The notes under the pieces are model-generated. The model saw only the letters and a program-made list of their open reading frames with translations, had not been told where the DNA came from and made no database searches. Made by a program: the position numbers and the translations under genes. Below, in pieces: positions 9,445-21,006 of a DNA stretch of 64,000 nt. Source of the stretch: Cyanidioschyzon merolae (taxonomy: Eukaryota); the NCBI GenBank assembly GCA_000091205.1, contig AP006497.2; one strand, written 5' to 3'. Numbering within the stretch: position 1 is the first letter of the stretch; every line of letters starts with the position of its first letter.

Positions 9445-11619
9445 CTACCGCCAAGCCGACAACGAATCATCGCATGCGCGGAAAATCGTGGTTGACTCGT
9501 TCCAATAACGTAGAAGACGACCAAGCAGTCTCGCTGGTGGCAGATGACTGACCACCAACATGGGTAACTGTTGATGTTGCTGTTGACGCGCGGGCGCATC
9601 CTCCTGGTCGACAGGATCAGAGTGCTGGTCGTAAGGCCGGCATGCTTCGCGCTGACACTCAGTTCGGGGCGGCATCAGCACTCCCGAAGCAAATTCCGCG
9701 TGACACGGAACCATGAGATGTTCTTCACAGCGAATACCCTTGACGAGATTGCCTTCGAACTCCAAACACTCAAGACAGATGGCGAAATTGATGCCACAAG
9801 CTGCTCTGCATACACTACAGAACAGCGTCGAAACACAGATTGCCTCTTGCCACCAGCTGTGCCCTGCGACAAGTCGATCGATTGCCATTCGCGGAAATCG
9901 CCAAACCTGCGCATTGGCTAGGGTATTCGTCACGCTATTCCAAGCCCGCTGTCGCGTGGTCGTCCACGAGCGATGCAGGCGTTCAAGGCGCAACTTTCGT
10001 CGCCAGTGATGCAGCACAGCTGCAGCCTCCAAGCACGCTGCACTGGAACGAATCCAGTACACGAGAAAGCAACTTGCAGGATTGTCTGCTCGGCATTTTA
10101 GAGTCTGCTCTCGCCGAAACAGTTCAATGAGAAGCAGGTTGGCACGAACACAGGGACACAGCGCTTGCCGCAGCAGACTGCGTTCCCGATTGCTCCAAAG
10201 CGCAGCACCCGCCTGATTCAGCGCAGCCAGCATCTGCACAAATCCAAGTAACACGTCATTCACGGTTCCTGTTTTCTGGAGCGCACGTTCCCAGCCGATG
10301 GCTCTGCGGCTGAAAGCAAGCCACTCCAGTGGTGCCCAGTTGACTGCCTCTGCCACATTCCAGCCACAATTGAAACCGCAGTGATAGGCTCGCGGCATGG
10401 TCAGCACGATTTGACCCGGTACTTGCACTGCACGATACACGGGAATGCCGTGCTGAGCCAATGACGCCGGCGATATCAACAGCGACTTGCTCGTTAGAGC
10501 CCAGGGCAGGGTGTGCGGGGTGCGCAGCGCCCCCGAGCACGAAGCGTTGGCCCCGCTCAAGGACGCCGCGCTCCAGCGCTCCATGATCAGGTGCTCGACA
10601 CGATCCGCGAAACTTGCTGGTATCGCGTACCAAACTTTGGGTTCACCGAACCAGAGCATCGATAACGAGCACAGATGCATATCCTCGACGTGTAAACCGA
10701 AACGAGTGAACAACCCCCCCAAATACGCCATAGGTACGTTGATCCCTCCTGCTCGTGGCCAAAAGCGCAACAGGGAGAGAGGTTTCAGGGGTACTGCCTG
10801 CCCCCCGGGCGACGTACCCGCGCCTGTGCATCCCTCGCAACTTGTTGCCTGATGATGGTGGCGATGATAATGCAGGCCCTGCGGTAACCATGGTGGAAGT
10901 TCAGTGTCGCTGACACTACCCGAGAGGCCAACAATATCTATTGCGTACTGGACAGAGCGAGGATGACCTGCAAAGCCGTGCTCCAGCGCTTCCCAGAAAC
11001 AAGCCTCGAGCCATTGCACCCGTTCGGGGATGATACTTTTCTGCCACTTCAGTCTGGTTTCTAGTGGGATGCTCTTCGTTTCTGGCTCGCTCGTTGCGGG
11101 GAGCGAAGCACGCGCGTGCGTCTGCAGCCAATCCACGAGCTGGGCATCGAGTGCTCGCACTTGATCGCGAAACGCTGCTGCACTCATGGAGCGATTGCTC
11201 TCGGGAAAGCAGGGCCAACCAGCGTTAGACCATGTTCGACGGACTCTTTTCTGCGGTGAACGTTGGCTACGCTCGCTGGGTGCGAACTGCGGGAAGCGTT
11301 GCACGCGAGGCTGCACCATGGTCTGATGCAGCGCCTCGGTAAGCTCCATTTCGGAGACGCCGTATTTTTCCAGACAAGCCGGTGGAATCGAAAGCACCAC
11401 GATACCGTGGCTTTCCCATTCGGTGAAAGAACGATGGACATAATTCACAAAGTTTTCGAGGTCCTGCGGTGACGGGCGATAGACCGGTGCGTCTGCAGCA
11501 AACGCCGCGGGGGCTGCTCGTTCGCTATGCGCTCCAGATGCAATAGAATGCTCTTTTTCAGCATAAACACCAGATTGGGCATCGTCTGCTATACTTTGGT
11601 GAACGTTCTGCTGAGGCAT
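9445..11619 (-). CDS. JmjN+JmjC histone lysine demethylase (KDM4/KDM5-like), with C-terminal Cys/His-rich zinc-finger-like region
   Basis: ATG at 11619. JmjN-like PVYRPSPQDLENFVNYV. JmjC Fe(II) ligands in HVEDMHLCSLSMLWFGEPKVWYAIP (HxE) and YHCGFNCGWNVAEAVNWA (second His). Cys-rich tail CSVCRAACGINFAICLECLEF...CEEHLMVPCH. Confidence 0.8.
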   Translation of the reverse strand: MPQQNVHQSIADDAQSGVYAEKEHSIASGAHSERAAPAAFAADAPVYRPSPQDLENFVNYVHRSFTEWESHGIVVLSIPPACLEKYGVSEMELTEALHQTMVQPRVQRFPQFAPSERSQRSPQKRVRRTWSNAGWPCFPESNRSMSAAAFRDQVRALDAQLVDWLQTHARASLPATSEPETKSIPLETRLKWQKSIIPERVQWLEACFWEALEHGFAGHPRSVQYAIDIVGLSGSVSDTELPPWLPQGLHYHRHHHQATSCEGCTGAGTSPGGQAVPLKPLSLLRFWPRAGGINVPMAYLGGLFTRFGLHVEDMHLCSLSMLWFGEPKVWYAIPASFADRVEHLIMERWSAASLSGANASCSGALRTPHTLPWALTSKSLLISPASLAQHGIPVYRAVQVPGQIVLTMPRAYHCGFNCGWNVAEAVNWAPLEWLAFSRRAIGWERALQKTGTVNDVLLGFVQMLAALNQAGAALWSNRERSLLRQALCPCVRANLLLIELFRREQTLKCRADNPASCFLVYWIRSSAACLEAAAVLHHWRRKLRLERLHRSWTTTRQRAWNSVTNTLANAQVWRFPRMAIDRLVAGHSWWQEAICVSTLFCSVCRAACGINFAICLECLEFEGNLVKGIRCEEHLMVPCHAEFASGVLMPPRTECQREACRPYDQHSDPVDQEDAPARQQQHQQLPMLVVSHLPPARLLGRLLRYWNESTTIFRACDDSLSAWR

Positions 11620-12849
11620 GGCGGCTGGTGCTGCTGTCGCTGATACGACTGCAGGAGGCCGTTAGCGAGCAGGCGAGCGCCGGTCTCAGCAGGTCGCTGT
11701 GTTGACGGCAACGCGTTTCTTGCCCCGTTCAAATATGAAAGCCGCTATCCAGCACCTTTCAGGTGCACAAACTCTTCATCAAACTCGCATAAAGTTCAGT
11801 ATACTGGAACTGGAAACTCCGTTGCGGCACGTTGCGTCTGGTACGAACGGCCCAAGGCGTGCAACGCTGCTTCGATTCCGTTGCCATGGGGTGGCGATCG
11901 CTCGCCACGTCGCGCTCTTGTAGGCTCGTATCCAATGAACGTGTCACTCTGAACTGATCGCACTGATCTTGCTTTTCGATTTTGTTTCCGAACCTTTTCC
12001 TAGACGTAAAGCATCGCTATTCGGAGTACGTCAATACGGGCTTATGGATTCATGTGTAGTTATAGGGAGTCATGGTCGTCATTTACGAATGGCTTCTTTG
12101 GATCTCTGCTGCTGGAAATGATGAACACAACAGAATCAAGATGATCCGCAACGTACCCCTACAAGAGTTCGTGAAATACCTGAGATCACTATCAGATTTT
12201 AATGTACAAGCGTCCAGTCTGCTCCTTTCCGTACGGGTATGGCATGTTCAAATCATGCATTTTCCAAGTTCCTCTTTCGTTCTGTTTCAAGGCATCTCTT
12301 GGACGCTGCAATTCGGGTCGCCTTATTGACGAGAAAACATCCACGATATCGTATCTTGACAGCATTCGCACCTGCTTACGCCGAAATGTGAGTCAACTTC
12401 TGACGCTAAATAATCGATCCGGCTCGAAGGATAAATCTGGGTACCTTCGTGGTCATCGATGAAATGGCCTCCAACAGCACTTGGGTATCTCTCAAGGCAG
12501 ATGCTGCCCGGTGCTTCCATCTCTTCTGTTTGCCTGGAAATGCGCGTCGGGCCCGGACATGAGTCATCGGAGCGAGCGCGTCGAGTGCAGCGTACGTCAC
12601 TGCCTTGCACAAAGGGAACCTAGAAGCATCGACATTGCTCGACGTGCTCCCCGGCCTGGATATTCCTTCCCGTGCTGTGTTTCATCACGGGCAACGCCAT
12701 GCCCTGCACATCCTCTACCGAACCGTGTTGCGTGCGCTCGCAAGTGCAGCCGACCGAGTACTTGCCGAACGTAGCGATTAGAGGAGGCCGCAGAACGCGG
12801 GGTGCGGCACCAGACGCCGATGCAGAAAGCGCGCCCAACCTATCGTCAG

Positions 12850-13260
12850 GCACCCGTCGAGGGAATGTAACGTGCGGTAAAGTAAGCGTTTGTGGGCCAC
12901 ATGGCGGAACTCGGAGGAGGACCTTTTATGGACAGATGGGAACACCTGATCACAGTCAACTGCCACCACTGCCAAGGGTTCACCGAGCATGCATACAAAG
13001 GAGATGAAAAAAAACAAGCGAAATATAGATCGCAACTTCCGCCTCTGCATGAAATGCGTTGAAAACAGATCGAAGCTACGAAAACGGAGCTTGAACGCTG
13101 ACATCAGCATCCTGCAACTGCTTATCACGAAGCGGGACGGAGACGAGCGACCAGCATATTTAAAGCCGGTGATCCGAGAGAATAAAACGAAGCAGTCATG
13201 GCAAAAGTTCGCACGAAGCTGATGATGACGACACACAGAGGAGACCCGGAACTTTAGTAT
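12850..13260. repeat. Diverged partial copy (about 65-70% nt identity) of the sequence family forming the inverted-repeat arms
   Basis: The blocks catgaaatgcg, cttgaacgctg and gagcgaccagcatatttaaagcc align with right-arm 5640-5800. Translated similarity appears in both strands' frames (FKYAGRSS...LMSAFK...HFM vs FKYTGRSS...SMAAFK...HFM, and CMKCVEN...DERPAYLKP vs GMKCVNN...DERPVYLKL). The boundaries are approximate. Confidence 0.5.
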
Positions 13261-14273
13261 GCATACACGAGTTACTGAACCCGTTCCATTTCTTATTCTG
13301 ACATGGATGCAGGCTAGCAATATGGGAGCTACGATTCGGATTGTCCAAAGCTGGTCTGCGACGACGAGCCTGAAACAAGATATTCGGACGACAACGCCAT
13401 AGGATCAAGATGTGTCAGGCGAGGATGTGGCGACGCGTCATCGATAAAATACGCTTCGTCTATTCGCGCTAGACCCACGGTTCTTTAAAAGGAGTAGCGC
13501 ATATAGCTGCTTGAAAATCTTACCTAGCCTGAACTCATTCATTTGCTTTACAATATGTAACCGCTGGACCTGATATCCCTGATTCCCTAGCTATCGTGCT
13601 TCGAATGTTGCGAGCAGCTCAGCCGGCCGCTGCTCTCGTAAAAAACAGAGCAGAGCAACTGGACAAGAGCATCCTCCACCGACTGTTTACTGGTCGCTAG
13701 CTAGTGCACAGGTTGGTTTCGGCGAGTTGACGCTAGCAAGCCCGGAACGCTGCCGGCGTTGACAACTACCACGCTTGGCACTTTGACCTTAAAGAGAAGC
13801 TCCAGCCTCGCGCCCCCAGCTCCAAACCCGTTCGCTGCGCTACGCTCTGTAACCGACAAACTGGACTGCTTTAGCTGACTCGGCCGTATTCACCGTGATT
13901 TCAGGATCAGCTCTGTGTTCATCTGCTCTCTCTGCCGGCAGAAAGCCTGACTGGTATCCTCGCGCTAGACATGGGTTCAGGGCGCAGCGCACGACCATGA
14001 CCTTAGAAGCGCTTCAACGATCAGCGCAGCTATCGCGGAACACCATTTTCTGACCAGGTTTTCTGGCGTGTGTTTTCGAGCCAGCTAGACATAAGGCCAA
14101 GTCTCGACAGCCACGCACCGACTCTAACGAAAGAAGTACCACCAAGGCAAGTTCATCGCGAAAGGTTCGCTAAAGACCTGCAAGGAAAACTCACACACGT
14201 AGGCGTGTCGCTGTTGCGGTACGCTGTGAGCTAGCAGCTCGCGCAGCGAGCTACGCATATCTTCAGGCTCTTG

Positions 14274-14657
14274 ATGGCAAAGAATGTGAATGATCAAACA
14301 GAGCTCCGGATCGGACACGAGGGGAACCAACAGATAGAGGCCCTGCTCAAAGAGCGGAACGAACTCTCCGAGGCACTCGCACAGACACAGGCCCAGCTTG
14401 CTGCAGCGCTCATGCGGGTCGAGGCCGCAACTCGTGTGATAGAACGCCTCCTTCGTGAACGCCAACCACTGCCTCAGGAAGAGTCGAGCCCATCACCGTC
14501 ACCTACTTTATCGAAAGAATCCGTGGGTGCGGCAGAGCCCGCGTCATCGACGACGAGTCGCGCAGGGTCCAACACCCGTGGCCGTCGTACCCGGAGCTGT
14601 GTGCGCCGCGGAGGTTCCTTCCAGGACCTACCGGAGCGCTCCGCTAAAAAGCGATGA
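14274..14657 (+). CDS. Hypothetical small coiled-coil protein with Ser/Arg-rich tail
   Basis: ORF with ATG at 14274 and a heptad-like N-terminus (IEALLKERNELSEALAQTQAQLAAALMRVEAATRVIERLL). No recognisable domain. Could be a chance ORF in GC-rich DNA. Confidence 0.2.
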   Translation: MAKNVNDQTELRIGHEGNQQIEALLKERNELSEALAQTQAQLAAALMRVEAATRVIERLLRERQPLPQEESSPSPSPTLSKESVGAAEPASSTTSRAGSNTRGRRTRSCVRRGGSFQDLPERSAKKR

Positions 14658-16469
14658 CTCTCCGAGGCCTCCAATGATTTTCCGCCACATATGGATGCAA
14701 CACCATTCGCTTGAAGCGCTTCTTATGAGAGATTACGCGGATAGCTTGGTGGCGCTTTTCTTCACCAGCGGTTTCCCGCGCAATGACTTTGAGCCACAGA
14801 CATCGAAATCTCCGGAAGCAGGAAGCAATGCAGAAATGCAGGTCCATCGTCCTATATGGATGGATTATATCGGCTTGCTTCCAATGATGGAGCACGATTG
14901 ACGAATGCACGGATATGGATGGCAGCGCTTGAGCCGTCCCATTGTGATCCAGATCATTACCCGGAAAGATGCGCGCTGCTTTCACTGTTAATGTCGAAGC
15001 AGCGCGCTGTTTGGCACGTGGCTGCTTTCATTTTCCAAGAAGATATTCGTGGCTTGCGCTTTCGTTTTTCGAAAAACGTGCAATCCCGAAATCCGCACAT
15101 GGATAAGGACCTCGAGCAGGCAATGCTGAGCGTATGCTGAAGCCATCCTCTCTTCATATGGCGACTGCAAAAGGTACGGTATTCGGCAGGTAACCAGATC
15201 GATCGAGTGCCTTGGATGAAGCGCAGCAATCCGCTGGGACACCTAGTCCAGTTTGCGCAACGCTGCAGTGATGTAGAGACTGTACATATGCAGAGATCGG
15301 GTTCTCAGTGAACAGCAACCGAGCAGTATTCACTGGCATCTCGAGCTCGTATGCAGAGCCCAGGGTCGTGTTTTGCGGGCAGCGCTTCAACCGAGCGCAT
15401 GGAACGCTGCGGTGCGAGTGCTGCGACATGAATATGGTCATGGAGCAGGCGAGCTCTTCACCAGACTACGGGCATTTTTTTCCGCAAAAGGGTACATTCT
15501 GGTGGATGCTGCGGCACCATGTCACGGAAATTCGAACAGCTTTTCAGAGAGATAGGCATTCATCGTAAACGTCATTGCGCGGACTAAGTGGCGGGCGTTG
15601 TCCAGATACGTGACGAAACGCAAGGCGAGTGGGAGCTATTAATGGCAGGCAGGGCTCGAATCTCACCTTCGTGACTGAATATGGAGTCGCTGAGCGGACG
15701 TTTTGCGACGAGTTTACATGATCGCCCTTAGACGACGATGAATCAGAGATCGCCAGGTACAAGCGTTCCACCAAAGACGAAAATATCTGTGATGACGCTG
15801 CCGGATGCGCAGTGCTCTCACAAGGCCATGTGCAAGCGCTCCATAAAACAGACCCAAATCGCTGATGATCCGGTTGCATCGTCAGCGCTTCCAACAGGTA
15901 GCGTGGTCTCCGAATCAAGCCCCGATTCACCAAGATACGATGCCGAACAACAACACGTCGCTCCAGTGCCGATGCTTCAGTGGTGCTAGAGCCAACAACA
16001 AAGTCCTCAACCAATAACGCACGGGCACTTTTGCTAGTTTGTCACTTTGGGGCTAAAAGAAAAACTTGCCAGTGAAGGACTGCTTTGTCACGTGCTGTGT
16101 TCGCGTGAACAGGTTCCGGCCTTTTGGTGGAGGTCACACCACCTCCACCTGAGACGTCTACGATGCCCGTGGGTTCAGGAGATCACGACTCCGACCAAAA
16201 AAAACAGGCCGATTCAGGTCCTTCGACCCAGGACCAGCGGCCCGTCTGGCGGCGACAGCTTCACAGTTTTACGTGCGTAGCGGCAAACCGTACGCACCGG
16301 AGCCAGTCTGCGCGTTCGTGCGCCGGACGAATGGGCAACGGGTCAGACTCAGCATGACTCCAGGATAAACGGCATGAAGGTATTTCGGACATGATCTGCG
16401 TACCGAATCCGTCCCATTTCGAACCGGAGGAAGTATATACGCCCTCCAGGCGCGATGTCGTGGCACCAA

Positions 16470-17411
16470 TCACGCTGTGAACCAAGCACTCGTTGCTGAT
16501 GGCTTCTTCTCGCCAAGCTGTGCCACAAGTTGCTCGCGCAGAATGGGATACATAGCAACTGCAGCCTGTTGCGCACAGCAAAATGCCTTTGAGAAGCTCT
16601 CCGGAGCACGAATATCGTCGACTGTGCTGTCATCCCGACGTCGTTGGCTCGTGGCACCACGCCACTGCAGATCTGCAGTTAGGCCCAGATTCGGCAACAG
16701 AGCAACCCATAGACGCCCTTCGTGGGCGCTGGCTTCCTCTTCCGATGTTGGAAAAGCGATGCAGGTCTGCTCTGTGCCTGCATACCCCGGTGTCGCGTTA
16801 ACGGCGACAGAGACGCCGACAAGTGCATCAACGAGCGCGACCCCGGCATCTAGACAAGCGGCCCAGGCCGCGGTTGTTGCAAGCGCAAGTTCACTGCCAC
16901 CCTCCTCCAGAACCCAGATATATACCCAGAACTGTAGTCGTGGGTATTCAGTGCGAGCGATGACACACTCGAGGGAGCGCGTTAGCGCCGCTGCGAACCT
17001 TCGCTCCGTTTCGCTGAGCGTAGCGCGTCCGCGCGAGGGTGCCCAGCGCTGCTCGTCCGATTCTCCACCGGCAAACTGGAGTCCAGTGGATATCGTATCT
17101 GATTCTAGCGTCTGTATTGATAACGGGCGGCTTGAGAGCCCCTGGCGGTACTCCACGACCACGGTTGCCAGCTCAGTGTCGGTGTCGGTGCTCCCCTGGG
17201 GCGGCCGCGGTCCGAATACCGCAGCCACGACTTTTGTCTTCCCTAACTGGCAAACAGCGCTGCCCTCGGGCCTGGAAAGAACGCCCAACTGGCAGCGGAA
17301 CGACTTCATCGCATACTTACGTACTTGGCACGCGTCCTTGAAGGCACGGCGAAGGCCTGGAGCGCTATGTACTTGGGCGGCGGTTGGTACAACCACGAGC
17401 ATTTTTTTCAT
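16470..17411 (-). CDS. Exosome complex RNase PH-like subunit (Rrp41/Mtr3 family)
   Basis: ATG at 17411. GLRRAFKDACQVRKY...FRCQLGVLSRPEGSAVCQLGKTKVVAAVFGPRPP matches the RNase PH-domain N-terminal consensus (DGR..ELR...G.L..ADGSA..E.GNTKV.aaV.GP). Confidence 0.7.
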   Translation of the reverse strand: MKKMLVVVPTAAQVHSAPGLRRAFKDACQVRKYAMKSFRCQLGVLSRPEGSAVCQLGKTKVVAAVFGPRPPQGSTDTDTELATVVVEYRQGLSSRPLSIQTLESDTISTGLQFAGGESDEQRWAPSRGRATLSETERRFAAALTRSLECVIARTEYPRLQFWVYIWVLEEGGSELALATTAAWAACLDAGVALVDALVGVSVAVNATPGYAGTEQTCIAFPTSEEEASAHEGRLWVALLPNLGLTADLQWRGATSQRRRDDSTVDDIRAPESFSKAFCCAQQAAVAMYPILREQLVAQLGEKKPSATSAWFTA

Positions 17412-17696
17412 TTTTTCTCGATTTCACGAGATGTTGACATAGGCCAGCGTTCCTCGACGGTGCGCCTGATATCAGCGCGCGGTAAAGCATCCATTGATCC
17501 AACTACTTCCAGGTTCAATATTCTATACTTCATCTCGGATATACTAGTCGTCTCATACGTACTATCGTGTGCCGCGTGCCTGGCGTAATCGTCCGCGATA
17601 TAGCGCCCGTACCGTCGGTGCGGATGCAGCACGGAGACAGAACGACTCTGGCGCGCCCCAGAGTGCGTCAGCTCGAGCGCGTAAACTGATACCCAC

Positions 17697-18053
17697 TCAC
17701 TGGCGCTTCTCCGGTTTTGTTGACCCGCAGACTGCAGTCGGTTTCAGTTTGTCCTGGCAAACTTCGAGACTGGAAGGCTGCCCCACGAAGATGGCTAGCA
17801 TCAGCTCCGCAGGTCTTTTCTTCAGCACTGCACATCGCCTGATATTGATGGCGGTATTAAAGCCCCGGCTAGAGAATTCCATGTGTTGATTGTCGCTGGT
17901 GGAACTCATGAATGCGAGAATTGCGAGAACTCGTGCCCGCTGTGCCGTTTTCTGCTCTGTAAGCGCCACCTGCTTTTCTATCGTTGAGGCACTCCGCTGG
18001 CTTTTCTCCATCTCGAATTTCTGAAGTGTGCGCCCCAGCTCATCCCTCGGATT
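17697..18053 (-). pseudogene. Decayed 3'-terminal relic of a TnpB/Fanzor-like (RuvC-III region) gene
   Basis: Minus-strand translation DELGRTLQKFEMEKSQRSAS...RVLAILAFMSSTSDNQHMEFSSRGFNTAINIRRCAVLKKRPAELMLAIFVGQ...KLKPTAVCGS aligns residue by residue with the C-terminus of the 38590-40557 element: HELGCTLQRVEIEKCQRGPE...RELLALVYTTSDGKKRMEFVNRDLNAAINIRRSAVMGKRPPELTGENFVGQ...KMKPVVGGQS. The catalytic Asp of RD.NAA.NI is Gly here. Both Cys are replaced (C->R, C->S). An in-frame stop lies at 18054. Confidence 0.55.
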
Positions 18054-20093
18054 TTAGGTTTCTTTGAAAGCAATGAAATTGTTTATGGCCTTAGGTGAGG
18101 ACCGTCCCCGAGGGAGAGCGACTGGAAGAAGAAAGACGACACGTGTCCAGGTGTCACCGTGTGCTGAACACTTCAGCGAATCACTCTGTGTAGCGATCAT
18201 TATATTTCACGATAGAAATCACTCCGCTTTATTGGGTTGAATCACGCAGAGCATGTGAGAATGAAAAGCAGATCTACCCCGGAAAGAATCAGCAAAAGCC
18301 CAAACGCACGGGGGATGGTGAAACGCCACGTTGTCCAGTAGAAGGACGTCGTTAGACATCGAGGAATAGTCTTCAATGATTGGACAAAGTGCGTGCCGTC
18401 GTTTGAGCCTTCTCCACGAGCGAAACCGAGGCCACGAAATGAATCCATTGCCGCTCGAACAGAGGATGTCGTCGTTCTATTCGAGTTCGATCGTACATAC
18501 AACATGCTTCCTCGCCGCGAATCCCCATGTACGCTCCGACACTTTCGTCCGAAGCAAGTCCCATTGACTGAAACAAAATACCAACATCGCTGTGCGTCAT
18601 AACGATCGCGACATTCCAGGAACGCTGTCGTTGCGACCTCGGTGAAAGATGGCTGTGAATGAACGAGGACTCTTTTTTTGCGACTGTTTCCGAGTGATTT
18701 CAGGACCATACGAATAAGGTGCACCGGAACGGAAATGGCCTTGGATGCGACGATTGTCGCATTTGCTCTCCGTTACCTGTTCAAAGGATCGTTTCCCGCC
18801 ATTGACATCAAGCGCGCTTTGAGAGTGTCGGTTTGTTTTTCGCGGAACGCATATCTTTCTTTCTTTCAGTGTTCCTAAACCACATGAGTACGGTCGTATG
18901 AATAACCGAAGAGGAATGCAGTCCTCCTTACATTCTTCAGTAAAGAATATATCCTAAAGGCAAATCGTGAGCAATCTATACGGCACATTGCATCGTGAGT
19001 AAACCGAATTCAGTTGTAAGGCTATACCGCATTTGGATTATACACCTCGTTCGATTCACGGATCATCATGTACCACTGCAACGGGCGGCGGTTTTCTCAC
19101 CGCCACGAGAAAATGGTATCCGTGCCAAAAGACAGTCCAAAAGGATGCTTCCTTCAGATACTCGGCGCGCCTTTGTTCTACAGAGTTGTCCATGTCGCGT
19201 ACTATTCCGCCTCTGTGCCGAGTCCCGCGGCCATTTTCTTGAAGAGGGATTCTGGAATAGCGCCTGGCTCTCGCACCGATGCATCGCAGCGCTGGAACAA
19301 TGCCATCGGTGACGCTGTTGGACGCAGAGGTGCCCCGAGTATGCACACTGCTGCTCATATTTCTTGAGTCTGTCAGCTGTTTTAGGTGCTTCACATGTAA
19401 TCTAAATGCACATCGATTGATGCGCACGCAGATGCCAGAGACACGGAAATTCGATGTTTATTCCGCGTGCGATTATGGAGCCTGTCCAGAGATCTACTGG
19501 ATGCACGGGCGTTACTGGTCGGAAAATTGATGGACCCTGCTTGCGTCTGGGACACGGCCCGCAACACACTTTTCTCTGGTGTGGAACGCCCACATTTGCA
19601 TGTGAGTTGTCCTTTCAGGTCCAGCGTGCGTAGCGCTCGACGCCTGGTTCATTTCATGTACAGGGGCGTCTCTGGTGGCCGCTACAGACTCCAGTGACTG
19701 CGTTAGGATGCCTCCCGGCCGCGATACGCAACCTGTTTACATCGGCGCCAGCGTCTCCAGATGAACGACATGCCGGATGCTCGGCAATCGATTCGAGTAG
19801 CGAGGTGCTTGCACGCTCTGCACGGCAACGCTCGACACTGAAGCAAGCGGTTTGCGTAGAAGTTTCCGTGCGCGCACCAGTCTCAGATAAGTGTATCCGT
19901 GGCGGCTGCTACAGTTGCTGAAGCATCGCGCACAGGAATGATGTCTCTTTGTCATGTACGACTGGAAGCGATGACTCTCAAATAACGCTCCTCTGGGACG
20001 CGGCGAACCGACAGAAACCAAGACACTTGTGTATCGCTACCAAATCGGCATCTGTTCCCACCTGGTGCGATTGTATTCTCAGGGCATCAATGA

Positions 20094-20114
20094 CACCACA
20101 CACACACACACACG
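20094..20114. repeat. (CA)n microsatellite
   Basis: caccacacacacacacacacacgag is seen directly. Confidence 0.9.
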
Positions 20115-20827
20115 AGACCAGCTCGGATGATATGGAGCCTCAGGCGGGCGCAGGTGCACCCATGATGCTGGAGAGGTCTCAGCGTCTGCTGTACGACTGC
20201 CAGCTACAGCATGCGTCCCGCAAAGGCATGACACATTCTAGACGGCGTCTGCGTCCCGAAATCGTGATCGAGTCACGCGCCCAGCTTTGCCAGCGCAGAG
20301 ACCTAGTGGTCGACGTCGCTCGCGGACTGCGCGCCATCCAGCGCAGTGCACGCTCCATTTGATCCTTACATGCGTACACGGCACGTACCGTAGATCCTGC
20401 AACGCCTCGCATGCCCCATGAAATGCTTATCATAGCAGTGAGAAGCCAGCACGTGTATCGAAATCGCTGCCTGTACCGCGATACATGCGACGGATAACGC
20501 CATAAAGCGCCGCAACAGACCTTGCAGATCCAAGGTCTACGCGAACATCGCAAAGTATCCCCTCTATACATGGCGTCCAAAGGAGAAAATGAAGCGTGCC
20601 CTTATGACCCGTAGAGCCGATGCCCTGCGTGTCGGGATTCACCACACCATCCGTGGAGGAACGGCAGGCGCATCCCTGGTCACCAGCTGTTCGAGCGCAG
20701 CACGCACGTATCGATGGGATTCCTCACCGATCCGCGACACACAAACATCCGTGCCGCGCACGCTGTGATCTGGCGAACATCGCCCTCGAGATACGCAAGG
20801 CGCATGCGCGCTGCGTGTTAACGCTGT

Positions 20828-20873
20828 ATGCGTGCGTGCATGCGTGCGTGCGTGCGTGCGTGCATGCGTGCGC
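20828..20873. repeat. (GCGT/GCAT)n alternating purine-pyrimidine tract upstream of the SNF1-like gene
   Basis: gcgtgcgtgcatgcgtgcgtgcgtgcgtgcgtgcatgcgtg, about 135-180 bp upstream of ATG 21007. Confidence 0.9.
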
Positions 20874-21006
20874 AGCGCTTCGAGGCACGCACACGCCCCA
20901 GCAGTGATTGCTGTGCATTGCCGGGACGACAGCGCTGCGCCCAGTACCAACGGTGAGCGTTGCGCCTGAGTTCACAAAGACCCGTTTGTTTAGAGCGTTC
21001 CAGAGC

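Noticed and set aside
18242-18724. 160-aa minus-strand ORF as an upstream part of the Fanzor-like relic
   Set aside because: There is only a vague YVRSNSN vs RIYASSNN resemblance. The spacing to the relic RuvC-III motif is about 200 aa instead of about 115. There is no Cys cluster. Not supportable.
18995-19080. Possible tRNA T-arm (GTTCGATTC)
   Set aside because: The flanking bases do not form a T-stem or acceptor stem. No cloverleaf could be built by eye. No tRNA is called anywhere in the window.
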